From the human T2T-CHM13v2.0 reference genome, Homo sapiens: a stretch of 64,000 nucleotides of DNA. This document shows, piece by piece, positions 1 through 13,446 of the stretch (positions within the stretch are counted from its first letter, which is position 1; the number at the start of each line of letters is the position of its first letter). The stretch lies in assembly GCF_009914755.1 (NCBI RefSeq), contig NC_060934.1; one strand, 5' to 3'. The notes under the pieces were generated by a model that was given only the letters and a program-made list of their open reading frames with translations, did no database searches and was not told where the DNA came from. Made by a program: the position numbers and the translations under genes.

Positions 1-925
1 GTCAGTAAAAAGGAAGGAAATTCTCACATGTGCTACAAAATGCATGAACCTTGAGGCCGTTATACTCTATCAGTGGAGAAATGGTCACACAGGTCCTAGT
101 ACAGTTAGACTGTGGAATACTATACAGTGGTAAAAAAAACCCAGGGTGGAGCTTATTGGGATGAAAAACATACTGCAGGCCAAAAAAAAAAAAAAGCGTA
201 AACACGTAAACATGGTGTAATTTAAACTTTACAAAACAAGAAATACACATGAATGCCTGGAAACCGGCCTGAAAGCATCGATAGCACATTGTTACCAGTG
301 ATTATGTCCAGGGAAAGGTATGGAATGGGGAACTTCATACTCTCAATGCCTTTTTAAAGCCTTTTTAAGGAAGGCATTTGTGCATTACTGTGGAATTAGA
401 AATAAACTCCAAACAAAAAATATCTAGGAGATATGGAAGAAGACCCTTCCTGTTAAATGGAGTTGCTCAGCTTATACCAGAAGCTCTCAGCCCTGGGCCA
501 GCATGCTGCCCACCCTGGGCCCCAGGCTCCCTGCTGCTGCTTCTACGGGGCTCCTGAGCCTTTCCTTGGGTGCTCTGTACTTACATCTCCCCCTTTAAGG
601 ACATCCAGTGGTTGTACAATTAAAGGAGTCAGGAGATCTGATTGGTTTTTCTTTGTAAATTATAAATAAACTACTCTGGAGGATAACTGAGCAATAAATT
701 AATGAATTTTGGAGCCTCTGGAGCTGTAAAACTTCTTTCAACCTATGGTAATTATGATTGTTAAATAAAACAAAAGGTCAAGACACACAACTTAAGTAGC
801 TGAATAGCCTACACGTTTTTGATTATTTGTGAAATATAATCATCTTTAGACAATAGTAAATAAAAGATATTTCTTGTTTACAGATATTTCAGTGTAAGTT
901 AATTGTGACTTGGTTGTAAGCCTAT

Positions 926-1430
926 GTTGACCAAAAGGTTAAACCACAGGCAGGAGAACTTAAAGAAATGTAATGTGAGTTTTGTTTTGAGCCAAGCTTG
1001 AGAACTACTAGCCCAGTAAAGAGACTCCACACAAACTGAGAATGCGTCCCAGAGTGGGCCACACGAGACACAGCATTTATACATTTCTGTTATATAGAAA
1101 ATGGGAAAAGGGGGCAGTGAAGCAACGGTGACTTTCTTAATTCAGATTGGTGCTCGGTGACATTGAATATAAGATAAAGTAAATATGTGGTTAATGTATT
1201 TTCCTCATTAGCCTTTTACCCTAATGAGTACATAGGGGTCGCAGTTGCAGGGTCAGGAGAGGGATGGTTGATTTTGTGCTGCCTTTGTGCTTCATCCAAT
1301 AGGCAGGTTGTAATCGGTGCCTGTCAGTGTGATATTTGACAGACTCTGGCCTTGCAGGTGAGGTTCAGCTTTCGTTCATAGGCCCGGTTTCTATTACCCA
1401 TATGGCCAAGATGCAGCCATTTTAGACAAT
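926..1430 (-). mobile_element. Possible ERV1 (MER4-group) LTR
   Basis: Begins tgttgaccaaaagg...ttttgagccaag and ends ...ttttagaca (TG..CA termini). Family uncertain. Confidence 0.35.
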
Positions 1431-1471
1431 TTTTTTTTCTTCAGACTTTCCTTATTTTCTGACACCTATCA

Positions 1472-1828
<357 letters not shown>

Positions 1829-1960
1829 TCAAGAAGATTAAAACTGGTACTTTGGGTAGCATTTTCTGTGGTTTAAGGACCTTAGTTATATATGAAGGAA
1901 GAATATGATTTGCCATACTTAAGTCTCTTTTTGTCTCCCCTATCAACTATTTGCATTGAA

Positions 1961-2263
1961 TTATTATTATTTTTTTTTTTTTTTGAGACGGAGTCTTGCT
2001 CTTTCGTCCAGGCTGGAGTGCAGTGGCGCATCTTGGCTCACTGCAAGCTCCGCCTCCCGGGTTCACGCCATTCTGCCTCAGCCTCCCTAGTAGCTGGGAC
2101 TACAGGCACCCACCACCATGCCCGACTAATTTTTTGTATTTCTTTAGTAGAGACGGGGTTTCACTTTGTTAGCCAGGATGGTCTCGATCTCCTGATCTCA
2201 TGATCCGCCCACCTTGGCCTCCCAAAGTGCTTGGATTACAGGTGTGAGCCACCGTGCCCGGCC
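1961..2263 (-). mobile_element. Alu (AluY-like)
   Basis: Poly-T plus antisense Alu; TSD tgcattgaat/tgcactgaat. Confidence 0.95.
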
Positions 2264-3556
2264 TGCACTGAATTTTTATGTAGTTTTCAGTGAGTCCAGG
2301 ATGTTCCACAAAAGCCTTTTCCTTTGATTACTTCAGTGTTGCCTTATCTCTTCTGAAATTCTTTATGCCTTCCAGTGTTCTTTTATGTTAAGTTCAATGG
2401 TTTTGCACTTTACTTATCTCTTCCTAACTAAAAATCCCCTTGCTCTCTTCTTTCTTCATTCATCACATTTTAAAATCATGATTAGCAATGTCCTTCCTTA
2501 GTTTCCCAAATCTGCCTTCCTAACTTGATTTAGGCATTGCCTCAAAGCACACTTCCTCGTGTCATATGGTATGATTTGTATCTGTACTATACTATAATAG
2601 ATCTTTAGTTTTTTCTCAAGCACTTGTTGATAAGTCACTTGCTGCAAAAATGCCATGAATTCCAGGAAAGTCACAAACCTCAGTTTCCTAGTCCCCAAAT
2701 CCCTGCCTCCCTGATAAGGAAGAGATGAGAAATGGGCTGAAGTGCTTGCAGACTTGTATTGAACACTGAGTTGGTATAAAACACTGGGACTGTCCATGAA
2801 AATATAGTGTATAGTCCTTTCAGATGAACAGACAAACAGATGTGTGCTAGCTGTTATATAAGTTAGGAAGAAAGTCAAGGAAGGGTCAAGTAGAGAGATA
2901 AATATTATGCTTATTCAACAAAGCAACTGACACTTAACTGAAGAGGACAGAGACCGTGGGTGACATCTGCGTGGGGGCCCTGCTTGAAGGATGGGGAGGA
3001 TTTGCACCTACAGACATCGAGGGCAGCGTGGCATGGAAGTTTGAAAGTTTGCAGCGACCTTAAGGAACAGCAGGGAAAGGAGGAGATGCATATGAGTAGA
3101 GGGATAGAATGGGGTATCTGCTGAGTGTCATTTGCTTCATGCAAGGAGTGCTGGTTTGGGTTGGGAGAGGACCTGATCCAGCAGGTGTTTTGTTTTAGCA
3201 AGACAACGCTGGATAATGTCTTCTAGTTGAAATATAAGAGGAGTGAGGCAGAGAGAGAGACTCATAATCGTCTGGTGGCAGAGATAAGGATCTGAGGGAG
3301 GGAGGCATGGGGGTTGACAGACACAAGTAGACAGATACAGGTGATGTGGTGGCGTGAAGTGTCCTGTCCACAAGTCCCGGGTGGTGGTGTTTGTTGCTTC
3401 TCCCTTTTGGTGCTACCTTCACTATCCTGTCCTCTCTTCCTTGATCACATTTAGCTGAAGCCCTAAGAGGATGGTTTGGGCTTGTTCTGTATATGGCCAT
3501 GCTGGTCAGACACACTTTTTTATTGTTGTGGATGTCATGTACTCTTCTTTTGGTAG

Positions 3557-3709
3557 AAAAAAGAGACTGTCTCTGAGGCACCACCTTTGCTGTTCAGCGA
3601 TGAAGAAGAGAAGGAGGCACAACTTGGAGTGAAGTCTGTGGATAAGAAGGTTGAGAGTGCCAAGGAGTCATTAAAATTTGGGAGAACTGATGTGGCTGAG
3701 TCAGAAAAG
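3557..3709 (+). CDS. WASHC2A: WASH complex subunit 2 (FAM21) internal coding exon, 153 nt, phase 0/0
   Basis: Acceptor ttcttttggtag, donor AAG|gtggac. Encodes [51 protein letters not shown] with an LF-acidic motif, in frame with the next exon. Paralog (2A vs 2C) less certain. Confidence 0.9.
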
Positions 3710-5237
3710 GTGGACTTTTTTCTCTTGTATACTTGAATGCATTTGTCTCTCGTATGTTGTTTCAAACACACACAACCCCTTAAGTTTTTTGACCACAGAA
3801 AATAAATGGCCCATTTGTAGACAGATTTGAAAACATAGACAAGCAGGCTGTGTCCCCACAGTGCAGGAAGCCTCTGCAGGGCCTTTCCTCCCGGCCCTTC
3901 TCCAAGACATGTGCGCACTGTGGTGTGCCTGCTCCTGTCTCTGTGGTTACTGTCACGTCATGGCATCTTTGCTTTCTAACTTGTTCTCTTCTGTGCAGTG
4001 TTCCTGTTACCCTTGGTCCTCCTTTGGTCCCCAAGTGCACTTGAATTTAAATGTCAGTTTTAAGGAGATTTTAGTTTAGCATCCTTTTACTTTTAGATGA
4101 TATTGGCAAGGATTACAGAGTAGAGTGAAATTTCTACTCTTTCTAAAACACTAGCTTTCAAGTCCTGGACGGTCTGCCGTCTCTTGCAGGAGGCCTGTGG
4201 GTAGTTCTGCTGGCCACACCTGGGCATCCAGCTTTGTGGTTGCCTTCAGTCTCTATATGCCTCTTTTCTTTCTCTAACTTTTCTTATACGCTGTGTGTCC
4301 AGCTGCTTAGGTCTAAGATCTCCCAGGGCCTGTGTGAAGAGCGTTGCATTTGCATTTGCTGCTGAGGCTCCTTGGAGCTACAGTGATACAAGCATTTCAT
4401 TTGTACCTGTGTTCCTGTGTGAAATTCTCTTCCTAGTGGCTGTGTGTGGACCCCAGTCCTATCCCAGTCCTGGTCCACACTTGACTCTGACTGGTTGCTG
4501 TACTGCCCTCTCCCTGAGTGTAAGCCCCTTGCGGACTAGGCCCAGTTTGTTTTGCTCACCATCATATCTGTAGTACTGGCATATTACCTTGCACACAGTA
4601 GGCACTATGTTATAAACTTTGTATTTCTTTAAAGAAGCATTTTTTTAATAGTTTGAGTACTCTGAAATCGGGATGTACCTCATAATCAATGGTATCTTAC
4701 CTGAAATGTGCCATTTGTTGAATGAATAAATACTGCATTTTAGAATTATTTCAGAGATTCTTCTTCAATTGCCTATACAGTGTAAGCCTTTTACAATTTG
4801 AGGGTCTGATTTTCCTGATTAGATTTCCCCCTTGGGGCTTATGTATTAGTTAAATGCTACGAATTCATGGTCCACTCCCAATGATTGGCACTTGTATTGG
4901 TTATCTTTGACACTTAGAAGTTCTTCCTAGTTCATGAGCAACCAGTGTGCATCAGGATTATAGCCATCCTATCACTTGATAGGAGAGAGGGACCCATGGT
5001 CTTAATGCTTGGAAAAGTTATCTTTGGCTACGGATGATTGTACAAGACTGTCTCTTGGAGCAGCCAATCAAGAATTGACCTCAGTGTTTTGTTACTTGGG
5101 CACAGATGTGATTCACTGTGCCCTGAGTCATGCAAATGTGGCAGTTACTGAATTAACGAGAAGCTTGGCAGGCTCCATGATAGGATTTGTATTTCCAGGT
5201 GTTACTTATTTTTTCCCCCTATTATTTTCATTTTCAG

Positions 5238-5420
5238 GAAGGACTTTTGACTAGATCTGCTCAGGAAACAGTCAAGCATTCTGATTTATTTTCTTCATCA
5301 TCCCCATGGGACAAAGGAACCAAGCCTAGAACCAAAACTGTTCTTAGCTTGTTTGATGAGGAAGAGGATAAAATGGAAGATCAAAACATTATCCAGGCTC
5401 CACAGAAAGAAGTAGGAAAG
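5238..5420 (+). CDS. WASHC2A: WASHC2/FAM21 coding exon, 183 nt, phase 0/0
   Basis: Acceptor ttttcattttcag, donor AAG|gtaagc. Encodes [61 protein letters not shown]. Confidence 0.93.
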
Positions 5421-5803
5421 GTAAGCAAAAAGCAATAGTGGTTCAAGTCTCTGGATGAGATAAAAGACTCTCATCTCATGGTTGTCATTCTGTCATGTGA
5501 GTTTCTGAAGGAATCTTAACCTTCAATGTAGTGTGTTAATGATTCTGTGCAGTCATTTAGATATTTGGGAATCTTAATCAGGAACTCTTACCTCAAGTAG
5601 CAGTGTTAGGATAGGGGATTAGAATTTCACCCCCCCTCTTCTGGGATTTACAGACCTTGTTGTTCCTTCTAGCAAAACTTTGCCCCTTGGCCAGTTGTGG
5701 GATGTAAACAGCAGGAAAGGGAAGTTAGGCTGGAGTTGTACAGTTAAGTATTTCTAACATTCAGTTTAAGAAAAAGTGTTGTAGATGAACCTTTCATACT
5801 GAT

Positions 5804-5990
5804 CAGGTGTCAGCAAACTATTTCTATAAAGGACCATATAATGACTATTCTAGCTTTTGCAGCCTATTTGGGCTCTGTCATAACTGCCTAGCTCTGCCAT
5901 TGGCAGCATGAAAACAGCCCTAGGAAACATGAAGATGGATGGGCATGACTGTGTTCCAGTAAGTTTTATTAATAAAAATAGGTGATGGTC
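5804..5990 (+). mobile_element. MER58A-like hAT-Charlie element, 5' part (3' end at ~9411-9441)
   Basis: caggtgtcagcaaactatttctataaagg...gtgttccagtaagttttatt...aaaaataggtg matches the recalled MER58A consensus. Confidence 0.75.
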
Positions 5991-6290
5991 AGCTGGGCAT
6001 GGTGGCTCACACCTGTAATCCCAGCACTTTAGGAGGCCAAGGTGGGTGGATCACAAGGTCAAGAGATCGAGACCATCCTGGCCAACATAATGAAACCCTG
6101 TTTCTACTAAAAATACAAAAAATAGCTTGGCGTGATGACGCTTGCCTGTAATCCCAGCTACTTGGGAGGCTGAGGCAGAAGAATTGCTTGAACCAGGAAG
6201 TCAGAGGTTGTAGTGAGCCGAGATCGCACCACTGCACTCCAGTGTGGCAACAGAACGAGACTCCATCTCAAAAAAAAAAAAAAAAAAAAA
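5991..6290 (+). mobile_element. Alu (AluS-like)
   Basis: Full Alu with A tail; TSD aaaaataggtgatggtca/aaaaatagatgatggtca. Confidence 0.95.
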
Positions 6291-7041
6291 TAGATGATGG
6301 TCATTCTGTGAGGTTAGTATGACCCTGATATTAAAACTAGACAGTGACATCACCAGAAAGCTAGATATCCTTTATGAATGTAGAGGCCAAAATCCTCAAC
6401 AAAAATACTACTAAACCCAATTCAGCAAAATATAAAAAGGATTGCACATTATGAGAAGTGAGATTTACCCCTGGAATGCAAGGTTGGTTCAACATCTAAA
6501 ATTAGTTGATATAATGCACTGTATCAATAAAATACAGAATTAAAAGGCGCATGATCATCTCAACAGATGCAGAAAAAGCTTTTAATAAAATCCAAACCTT
6601 TTCATGGTAAAGCACTCAATTAGGCATAGGAGGAAGCTTAATGAACTTGATAAAGGACATCTATGAAATCCCTCAGCTGACATCATACTTAATGGTGAAA
6701 GACTGCATGCTTTTCAACCCTAACATCATGAACAACACAACAATGTCCACTCTTGGTAATTCTAATCAACCTTGTACTGGGGATTCTAAGCAGGCCATGT
6801 AGGTGAGAAAATGAAATAAAAGGCATTCAGATTGGAAAGGAAAAAGTGAAATGAAGCAATCTGTATTTGCAGATGGCATGATCTTTTATATAGAAAGTCT
6901 TAAGGAATCTGCAAAAAACATCCATTGGAAATAATTAAAGTCATTAAGATTGAAGGATGTAAGATCAATATGTGAAAACCAATTGTAGTTCTGTAAGCTA
7001 GTAATGAACATTTACTAACTTACAAAAGTTACTACTAGTAA

Positions 7042-7344
<303 letters not shown>

Positions 7345-8296
7345 TACTAGTAGTAACTTTCATAAGCAATTACCAGCTTATGAATGAAATTAAGAAATCA
7401 GTTTCTTTTATAGTAATACCAAGAAGGGTAAAATACTTAGGAGTAAATTTAGCAAAAGAAGTACAAGACTTGTAAACTAAAATCTACAAAACATTGAAAG
7501 AAATTAAAGACCTAAAATTGATGGAAAGACATCTCGTGTTTATGGACCAGAAACCTTAATATTGGTAAGGTGGCAATACTTCCTTCCCAAATTGATTTAT
7601 TGTAATCTCTATCAGAATTCCAGCTTGCTTTTTGCAGAAATGGACAAGCTGATCCTAAAATTTTTATGGAACTGTAAGAGACCAAGAATAGCCAACAGTC
7701 TTGAAAAGGAAGAACAAAGTTAGAAGACTCACACTTCCTGATTTCAAAACTTACTTTAAGACAGGATGGTATTGGCATAAGGTTAAAATATATAGATCAG
7801 TGAAGTAGAATTGAGAGTCTAGAAATAAACCCTCACATTTACAGTCAGTTGCTTAAGGTGCCAAGATATTTCAGTGGGGACAGAATAGTCTTCAGCAGAT
7901 GTGCCAGGATGCTGATTATCTACATGCAAAGGGATGAAGTTGGACCCATTAATAAATAAACTCAGATCCAATGTAAGATCCAAATGTAAGAACTAAAACT
8001 GTACAACTCCTAGAATCTAGAGAGTATGTGAGTAAATTATCATGACCTTGGATTAGGCAAAGCCTTCTTAGATAAGACACCAAAAGCACAAGTGACAAAA
8101 ATAGCTAAATTGGACTTTATTTAAATGAAAAACATTGTGCTTCAAAGGGCACCATCTGGAAAGTCAAACGACCACCCACAAAATGGGAGAAAAGATTTAC
8201 AGATCATGTATTTGATAAAGGACTCAGATCCAGAATATGTAAAAGACTTATAAGTCAATAATAAAAAGACAAATAGCCCAGTTGAAAGAAGGGATA

Positions 8297-8587
8297 GGCC
8301 AGGCGTCGTGGCTCATGCCTGTAATCCCAGCACTTTGGGAGACCAGGACGGGAGGATTGCTTTAGGCTGGGAGTTCAAGACCAGCCTGGGCAACATAGCA
8401 AGATCCTGTCTCTACAAAAAATTTTAAAAATTAGCCAGGCCTGGTTGCGTGCTCCTATAGTTCTATCTCCTTGGGAAGTTGAGGCAGAAGAGTCCTTTGA
8501 GCCCAGGAGTTCAAGGCTGTAGTGGGCTATGATCACACCATTGCACTCAGGCTGAGTGACAGAACGAGACCCTGTCTGAAAAAAAAT
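8297..8587 (+). mobile_element. Alu (AluJ-like) inside L1
   Basis: Diverged dimeric Alu with J-type ggaggattgctt/ttcaaggctgtag. Confidence 0.9.
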
Positions 8588-9732
8588 AGGTAAGACAGAC
8601 ATCTGAATAGAGATTTTACTGAAGAAGATAGACAAATGGCCAAAAAGGATATAGAAAGATGCTCAGCATCAGGGAAGCCAAAACCACAGTGACATACCAC
8701 TTCATACCCGGGAAGAGGACCATAATAAAAAAAAAAAAAAAGGGAAGTAACGAGTGTTGGTAAGGATGTGGATAAATGGAAATTCTCATTCCTTGCTGCT
8801 GCAAGTGTGGAACAGTACAACCACTTTGGAGAACAGTTTGCTGTTCTTCAAATTCTTATAACATAAAGCTACCACACAATCCGGAATTTTATTCCTGGGT
8901 ACATATCCAAGAGAAATAAAAACATGTTCACACAAAACTTGAATATGATTGCTCCCAGCAGCATTATTCGTAATAGCCAAAAGATGGAAACAATGGCTAA
9001 ACATAATATAGTATATCCATACAATGGAATATTATTTGGTAATAAAAAAGGCAAAGTACTGATACATGCTGCCACATGGATGAACCTTGAAAACATTCTA
9101 AATAAAATAAGCCAGTCATGAAAGACCACATATTATGTGATTCCATTTATATGAAATGTCCAGAATAGGCATATCAATGGAGACAGAAAGTAGATTAGTA
9201 GTTACTGGGGGCTGGGAGTAGCAGTGAGCAGGAATGGATAATTACTGCTAATGGTTTGGGGTTTCTTTTGGGAGTGATGAGAATATTCTAAACTTAGATT
9301 GTGGTAGTGGATACACAGATCTGAATATACCAAAAAATCATTACATTTTATACGTAAATGGGTAGATTTTATGGTATATGAATTTGATCTCAATGGTGAT
9401 GTTATGCAAACCAGGTTGGCAGGTCATAGATTGCCAATCCTTTTTATAGATCTAACCAAAGAAATAGTCTATGTTTATTTCTACAAAAAATGTTATATGA
9501 ATTTTTTTGTTATACCAATACTATAAGCTTATTTATAAATGAGAGCTGCACACAGTGAATATGATTAATTTGATATATTTTCTCCCAGTCTCTTACTGTG
9601 TATGGTTTTGTAATATTTTTCCATAGTTGTGAAATATTTAACATTACTTGCTGTGTTAAACTCATTTTTATATATAACAATAATAATTATTGTTAATGTG
9701 ATTTATTTTGTTAGAAGTAAGTTTTTCATTAG

Positions 9733-10054
9733 TTTTTTTGGTTTTTTTGTTTTGTTTTGTTTTGTTTTGTTTTGAGATGGAGTCCTACTGTGTTGCCCAG
9801 GCTGGAGTGCAGTGGCGTGATCTCGGCCCACTGCAGCCTCTGCCTCCCAGGTTCAAGGATTCTCCCACCTCAGCCTCCCAAGTAGCTGGAACCACAGGCA
9901 CACGCCACCACACCCGGCTGATCTTTGTATTTTTAGTAGAGGTGGGGTTTCACCACATTGGCCAGGCTGGTCTCGAACTCCTGGCCTCTGGTAATCCACC
10001 CACCTTGGCCTCCCAAAGTGCTGGGATTACAGGCATGAGCCACCACGCCTGGCC
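9733..10054 (-). mobile_element. Alu (AluS-like) with (TTTTG)n tail
   Basis: Antisense Alu whose tail has become a microsatellite. Confidence 0.93.
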
Positions 10055-10763
10055 TTTTTGTTAAGTTTTAATCTGTGGCTGTGATAAGGAAATAGGGATG
10101 AATTTTAGAATGTCAGGTCTGGAGCATTGTATTATCAAACCAATAATGTTGATGGTAACTTTTAAATGTTAGATATCTAGTAAACAAAAAGGGACTCACT
10201 CGGAGTCTGAAAGTAGGGCAGAAGTGATGGACAGCCATAGGAAGGCTTGTGGTCGCACCTGTGCCAGGTCTTTGGCCTGCAGTGCTTACAGGTGAGGGAC
10301 ACATACTTGACCACTCTGTGTAGTTTGTGCTTGATTCAGCTGCTGTCTCTTCTTCCCTTTGGAAATGAGATGAAGAGAATTCATTCAGTTTTATGTTTTT
10401 TACCTTCAAAATGTTTCTCATTATGGAACTAATGGATTGCTTTTCTAATAAAAAATTTAGATACTATACAAAGTTTATATAATATATATAACCTGGAAAG
10501 ATTATCTCTAAAGCTTGTGCATATATATATATGTAAACTTTGTATTTATAAATATATTTTCTGGTATTTTTGGAAGTGCCATAGCATTCCATTTTGTCAA
10601 TGTTTCATTCCCCTACTGAGTGGCTTTTAGGCTGTGGCCAGCCTTTTGCTAATATAATACAGCTGCAGGGGACATCTTTGTTGTGTCCATCTTTACATAT
10701 GTAACTTCCTTGAGATAAGTTCTTACAGCTCTAATCACACATGACCTTCCCTCCTGTTCCCAG

Positions 10764-10892
10764 GGCCGCGATCCTGATGCCCACCCCAAGAGCACAGGTG
10801 TCTTCCAGGATGAAGAGCTGCTTTTCAGCCACAAGCTCCAAAAGGACAATGACCCAGATGTTGACCTTTTTGCTGGCACCAAAAAAACCAAG
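10764..10892 (+). CDS. WASHC2A: WASHC2/FAM21 coding exon, 129 nt, phase 0/0
   Basis: Acceptor cctcctgttcccag, donor AAG|gtcagt. Encodes [43 protein letters not shown]. Confidence 0.93.
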
Positions 10893-11019
10893 GTCAGTTC
10901 CAAATGGTTCCCCACAGTATGACTTGTTATTGTATTGGGTGCTGTCTCAACAGCTCACCTAGTTCTCTTTGTAAATTGTTTTGCTTTTGGATATTGAACT
11001 TGGGTCTTGTTTATTCTAG

Positions 11020-11100
11020 CTGTTAGAGCCAAGTGTTGGGAGCCTGTTTGGGGATGATGAAGATGATGATCTTTTCAGCTCTGCCAAGTCCCAGCCTTTG
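11020..11100 (+). CDS. WASHC2A: WASHC2/FAM21 coding exon, 81 nt, phase 0/0
   Basis: Acceptor tgtttattctag, donor TTG|gtacca. Encodes [27 protein letters not shown], a canonical LFa motif. Confidence 0.9.
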
Positions 11101-11707
11101 GTACCAGCCTTTTGTTCTCAATACTGGGTTGTGTGGGAAAGATTCTGGGAAAGGAAACTAACGTCCAGTTAGATCATTAAGGAAAATCCTAGGAGAGTCG
11201 TGCTGCTTCCTACTAAATGAATGGCAAATAACATGCTGAGGGGAGCGTGTGTGGAGGATGCAATGCTTAGTTTCTGTTGTTCCTCATTTTATGTTCCCTA
11301 TACTAACATTAAAACATTAATAATCCAGGCTCTCTGACTGTACTGCACATCTGTGTGATGTTTAAATGGTTGATTGAAAGACCATTGCATACACTGGGGT
11401 GACTAAATATTCGTGCCTTTCAGGTGCAAAGTTTTGAGTCTGAGTTTTAGCCTTTCTATGTCATTTTCTCCCCCAGCCCCAGTAGGTTTTTGTAAGTACT
11501 CTGTTTTCTTTTTATCATAGAGAGGACTCCTGTGACAGCCACAGTCTTCAGAATGCTATTTCTGAAATGCTACCTTTGAGTTGGTTCAGCCCTCATTTGA
11601 GAAAGTATTTTTAAGACTCAGAAGCCAGGATTGTTTTTTGCATTATGATTTTTCCTTAAAATTTCTAAGATATTTGATGGCTTTTTGGTATTTTTTTTCT
11701 TTTGAAG

Positions 11708-11830
11708 GTACAAGAGAAAAAGAGAGTAGTGAAAAAAGACCACTCTGTTGACTCTTTCAAAAACCAGAAACATCCTGAATCCATTCAAGGTAGTAAAGAA
11801 AAAGGCATATGGAAGCCGGAAACACCTCAG
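11708..11830 (+). CDS. WASHC2A: WASHC2/FAM21 coding exon, 123 nt, phase 0/0
   Basis: Acceptor ttttcttttgaag, donor CAG|gttaga. Encodes [41 protein letters not shown]. Confidence 0.88.
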
Positions 11831-12810
11831 GTTAGAAATCCTCTTTAAGGATTTTCAGCTCTTGTTTGCATCCCAGTACAGAGAAATTCCATTATGCAGA
11901 CCCACAGTTATTCAGACTTGTCTGCATTAAGGAGGAAACAGCAACCAGGGCTACCGCTTTGTCTTCACTGCACTCCCCCCAAGTCATCTCCCCTCTCCTC
12001 GCTCCACACGCCAGAGTTTCATGAATCTATACTTTAATAGTTAGTGTTTTTTGATGCCATGCCAGATTTGACTCTGAAGTGGAGTTAAGGTAGGATGAAG
12101 AATCTTCTTCCCACTAAAGAATTTATTTCTCCCTCTGGATTTCCTTGGAATAGAATTAAAATAGAAATAAATATAAATTACATCTGATTTCCTGCCTGCT
12201 CTCAGTGTTGCCTCTCCCAAGGTCATTGCTGTTGGGCCGTACTCTGCAGCAGTCTTCCCAGAACGCTGTGGAGCTCCTCCTGGGAACAGCCCAGGACTGG
12301 AGAGCGAGTGCCAGTTCCACGTGCAGGTGTCCCAGGGTGTCTCACTGAAGCCTTAGTGTCCTGAGCCGTAAACCTGAGGCACTTGGACGAACACATCACC
12401 ACTGACCCTTCCTGGGGCTCAGATCTTTTGCTTTTAGAGCCAGTGCATTAGGCTATGGTTGAATTTTTGTGTGCTCCTTGAAATTTCTATTTGATAACCA
12501 ACATGGTAATTTTGCCTGCTGGTCAGTTTTAGGTGCTCTGATAAACTGTGACTCTTGGGAATCTTACTCATCTTGTATTCCTTGACTCCATATCTGATCT
12601 GGCAGCTTTCCACTTACGTGACAGAGGAGGAGGCATACGTGAAGTAGTGCTAGTGAAACATCAGGCCCCAGGAGAGATTTGAATGCCTTTCCCATTAAAG
12701 AGCTACAGAAAGTGACAGTTTTGCTCCATCACAGATTTATTTACAGGCATAAGAAACACTTGTCTTTCTGTTTCCCAAATGGATTTTTAACTGGATGTAA
12801 TTTTACACAG

Positions 12811-12873
12811 GACTCATCAGGTCTCGCTCCATTTAAAACCAAAGAACCATCCACTCGGATCGGGAAGATACAA
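12811..12873 (+). CDS. WASHC2A: WASHC2/FAM21 small, probably cassette, coding exon, 63 nt, phase 0/0
   Basis: Acceptor ttttacacag, weak donor CAA|gtaatt. Encodes [21 protein letters not shown]. Confidence 0.82.
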
Positions 12874-13233
12874 GTAATTAAAACACTGGAATCTTCATTG
12901 CCTGCCCTGTGGCATCTATAAACTTTTTTGGGTTTCCTACTTTTGTCAGCTGCTGCCAAGCATCTTCTCATCTCTTCCCCCGCCTCCCCTCCCCTGCACC
13001 TAGTTGTTGTCTCCTGTGTGCTGCGTCTTTAACATCTATTTTTTGAGCCCAGTGGTGGGCATAGGTGTAAGACGCTCTGTTTTAATTCTGAGACTAGATC
13101 GGGCGATTTTCCTACGTTTCTCTACTCCTCTCGTATTATACATTATGTGCACCGAATCTTGTCATGTGTCACAATAAAGATAATAGACTGCTGTGTTGAA
13201 GAACAAATACAGAGTTTCATTTTTCTTCTTTAG

Positions 13234-13446
13234 GCAAATTTAGCGATCAACCCAGCGGCCTTGCTGCCCACAGCGGCTTCCCAGATCTCTGAAGTAAAGC
13301 CTGTTTTGCCAGAATTGGCTTTTCCTTCATCTGAACACAGAAGGAGCCACGGTCTGGAAAGTGTGCCTGTCCTTCCCGGGAGTGGGGAGGCCGGTGTGAG
13401 TTTTGATCTTCCAGCTCAGGCAGACACCTTACACAGTGCAAACAAG
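13234..13446 (+). CDS. WASHC2A: WASHC2/FAM21 coding exon, 213 nt, phase 0/0 (first half of CPI motif)
   Basis: Acceptor tttcttctttag, donor AAG|gtgatg. Encodes [23 protein letters not shown]...[14 protein letters not shown]. Confidence 0.93.
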
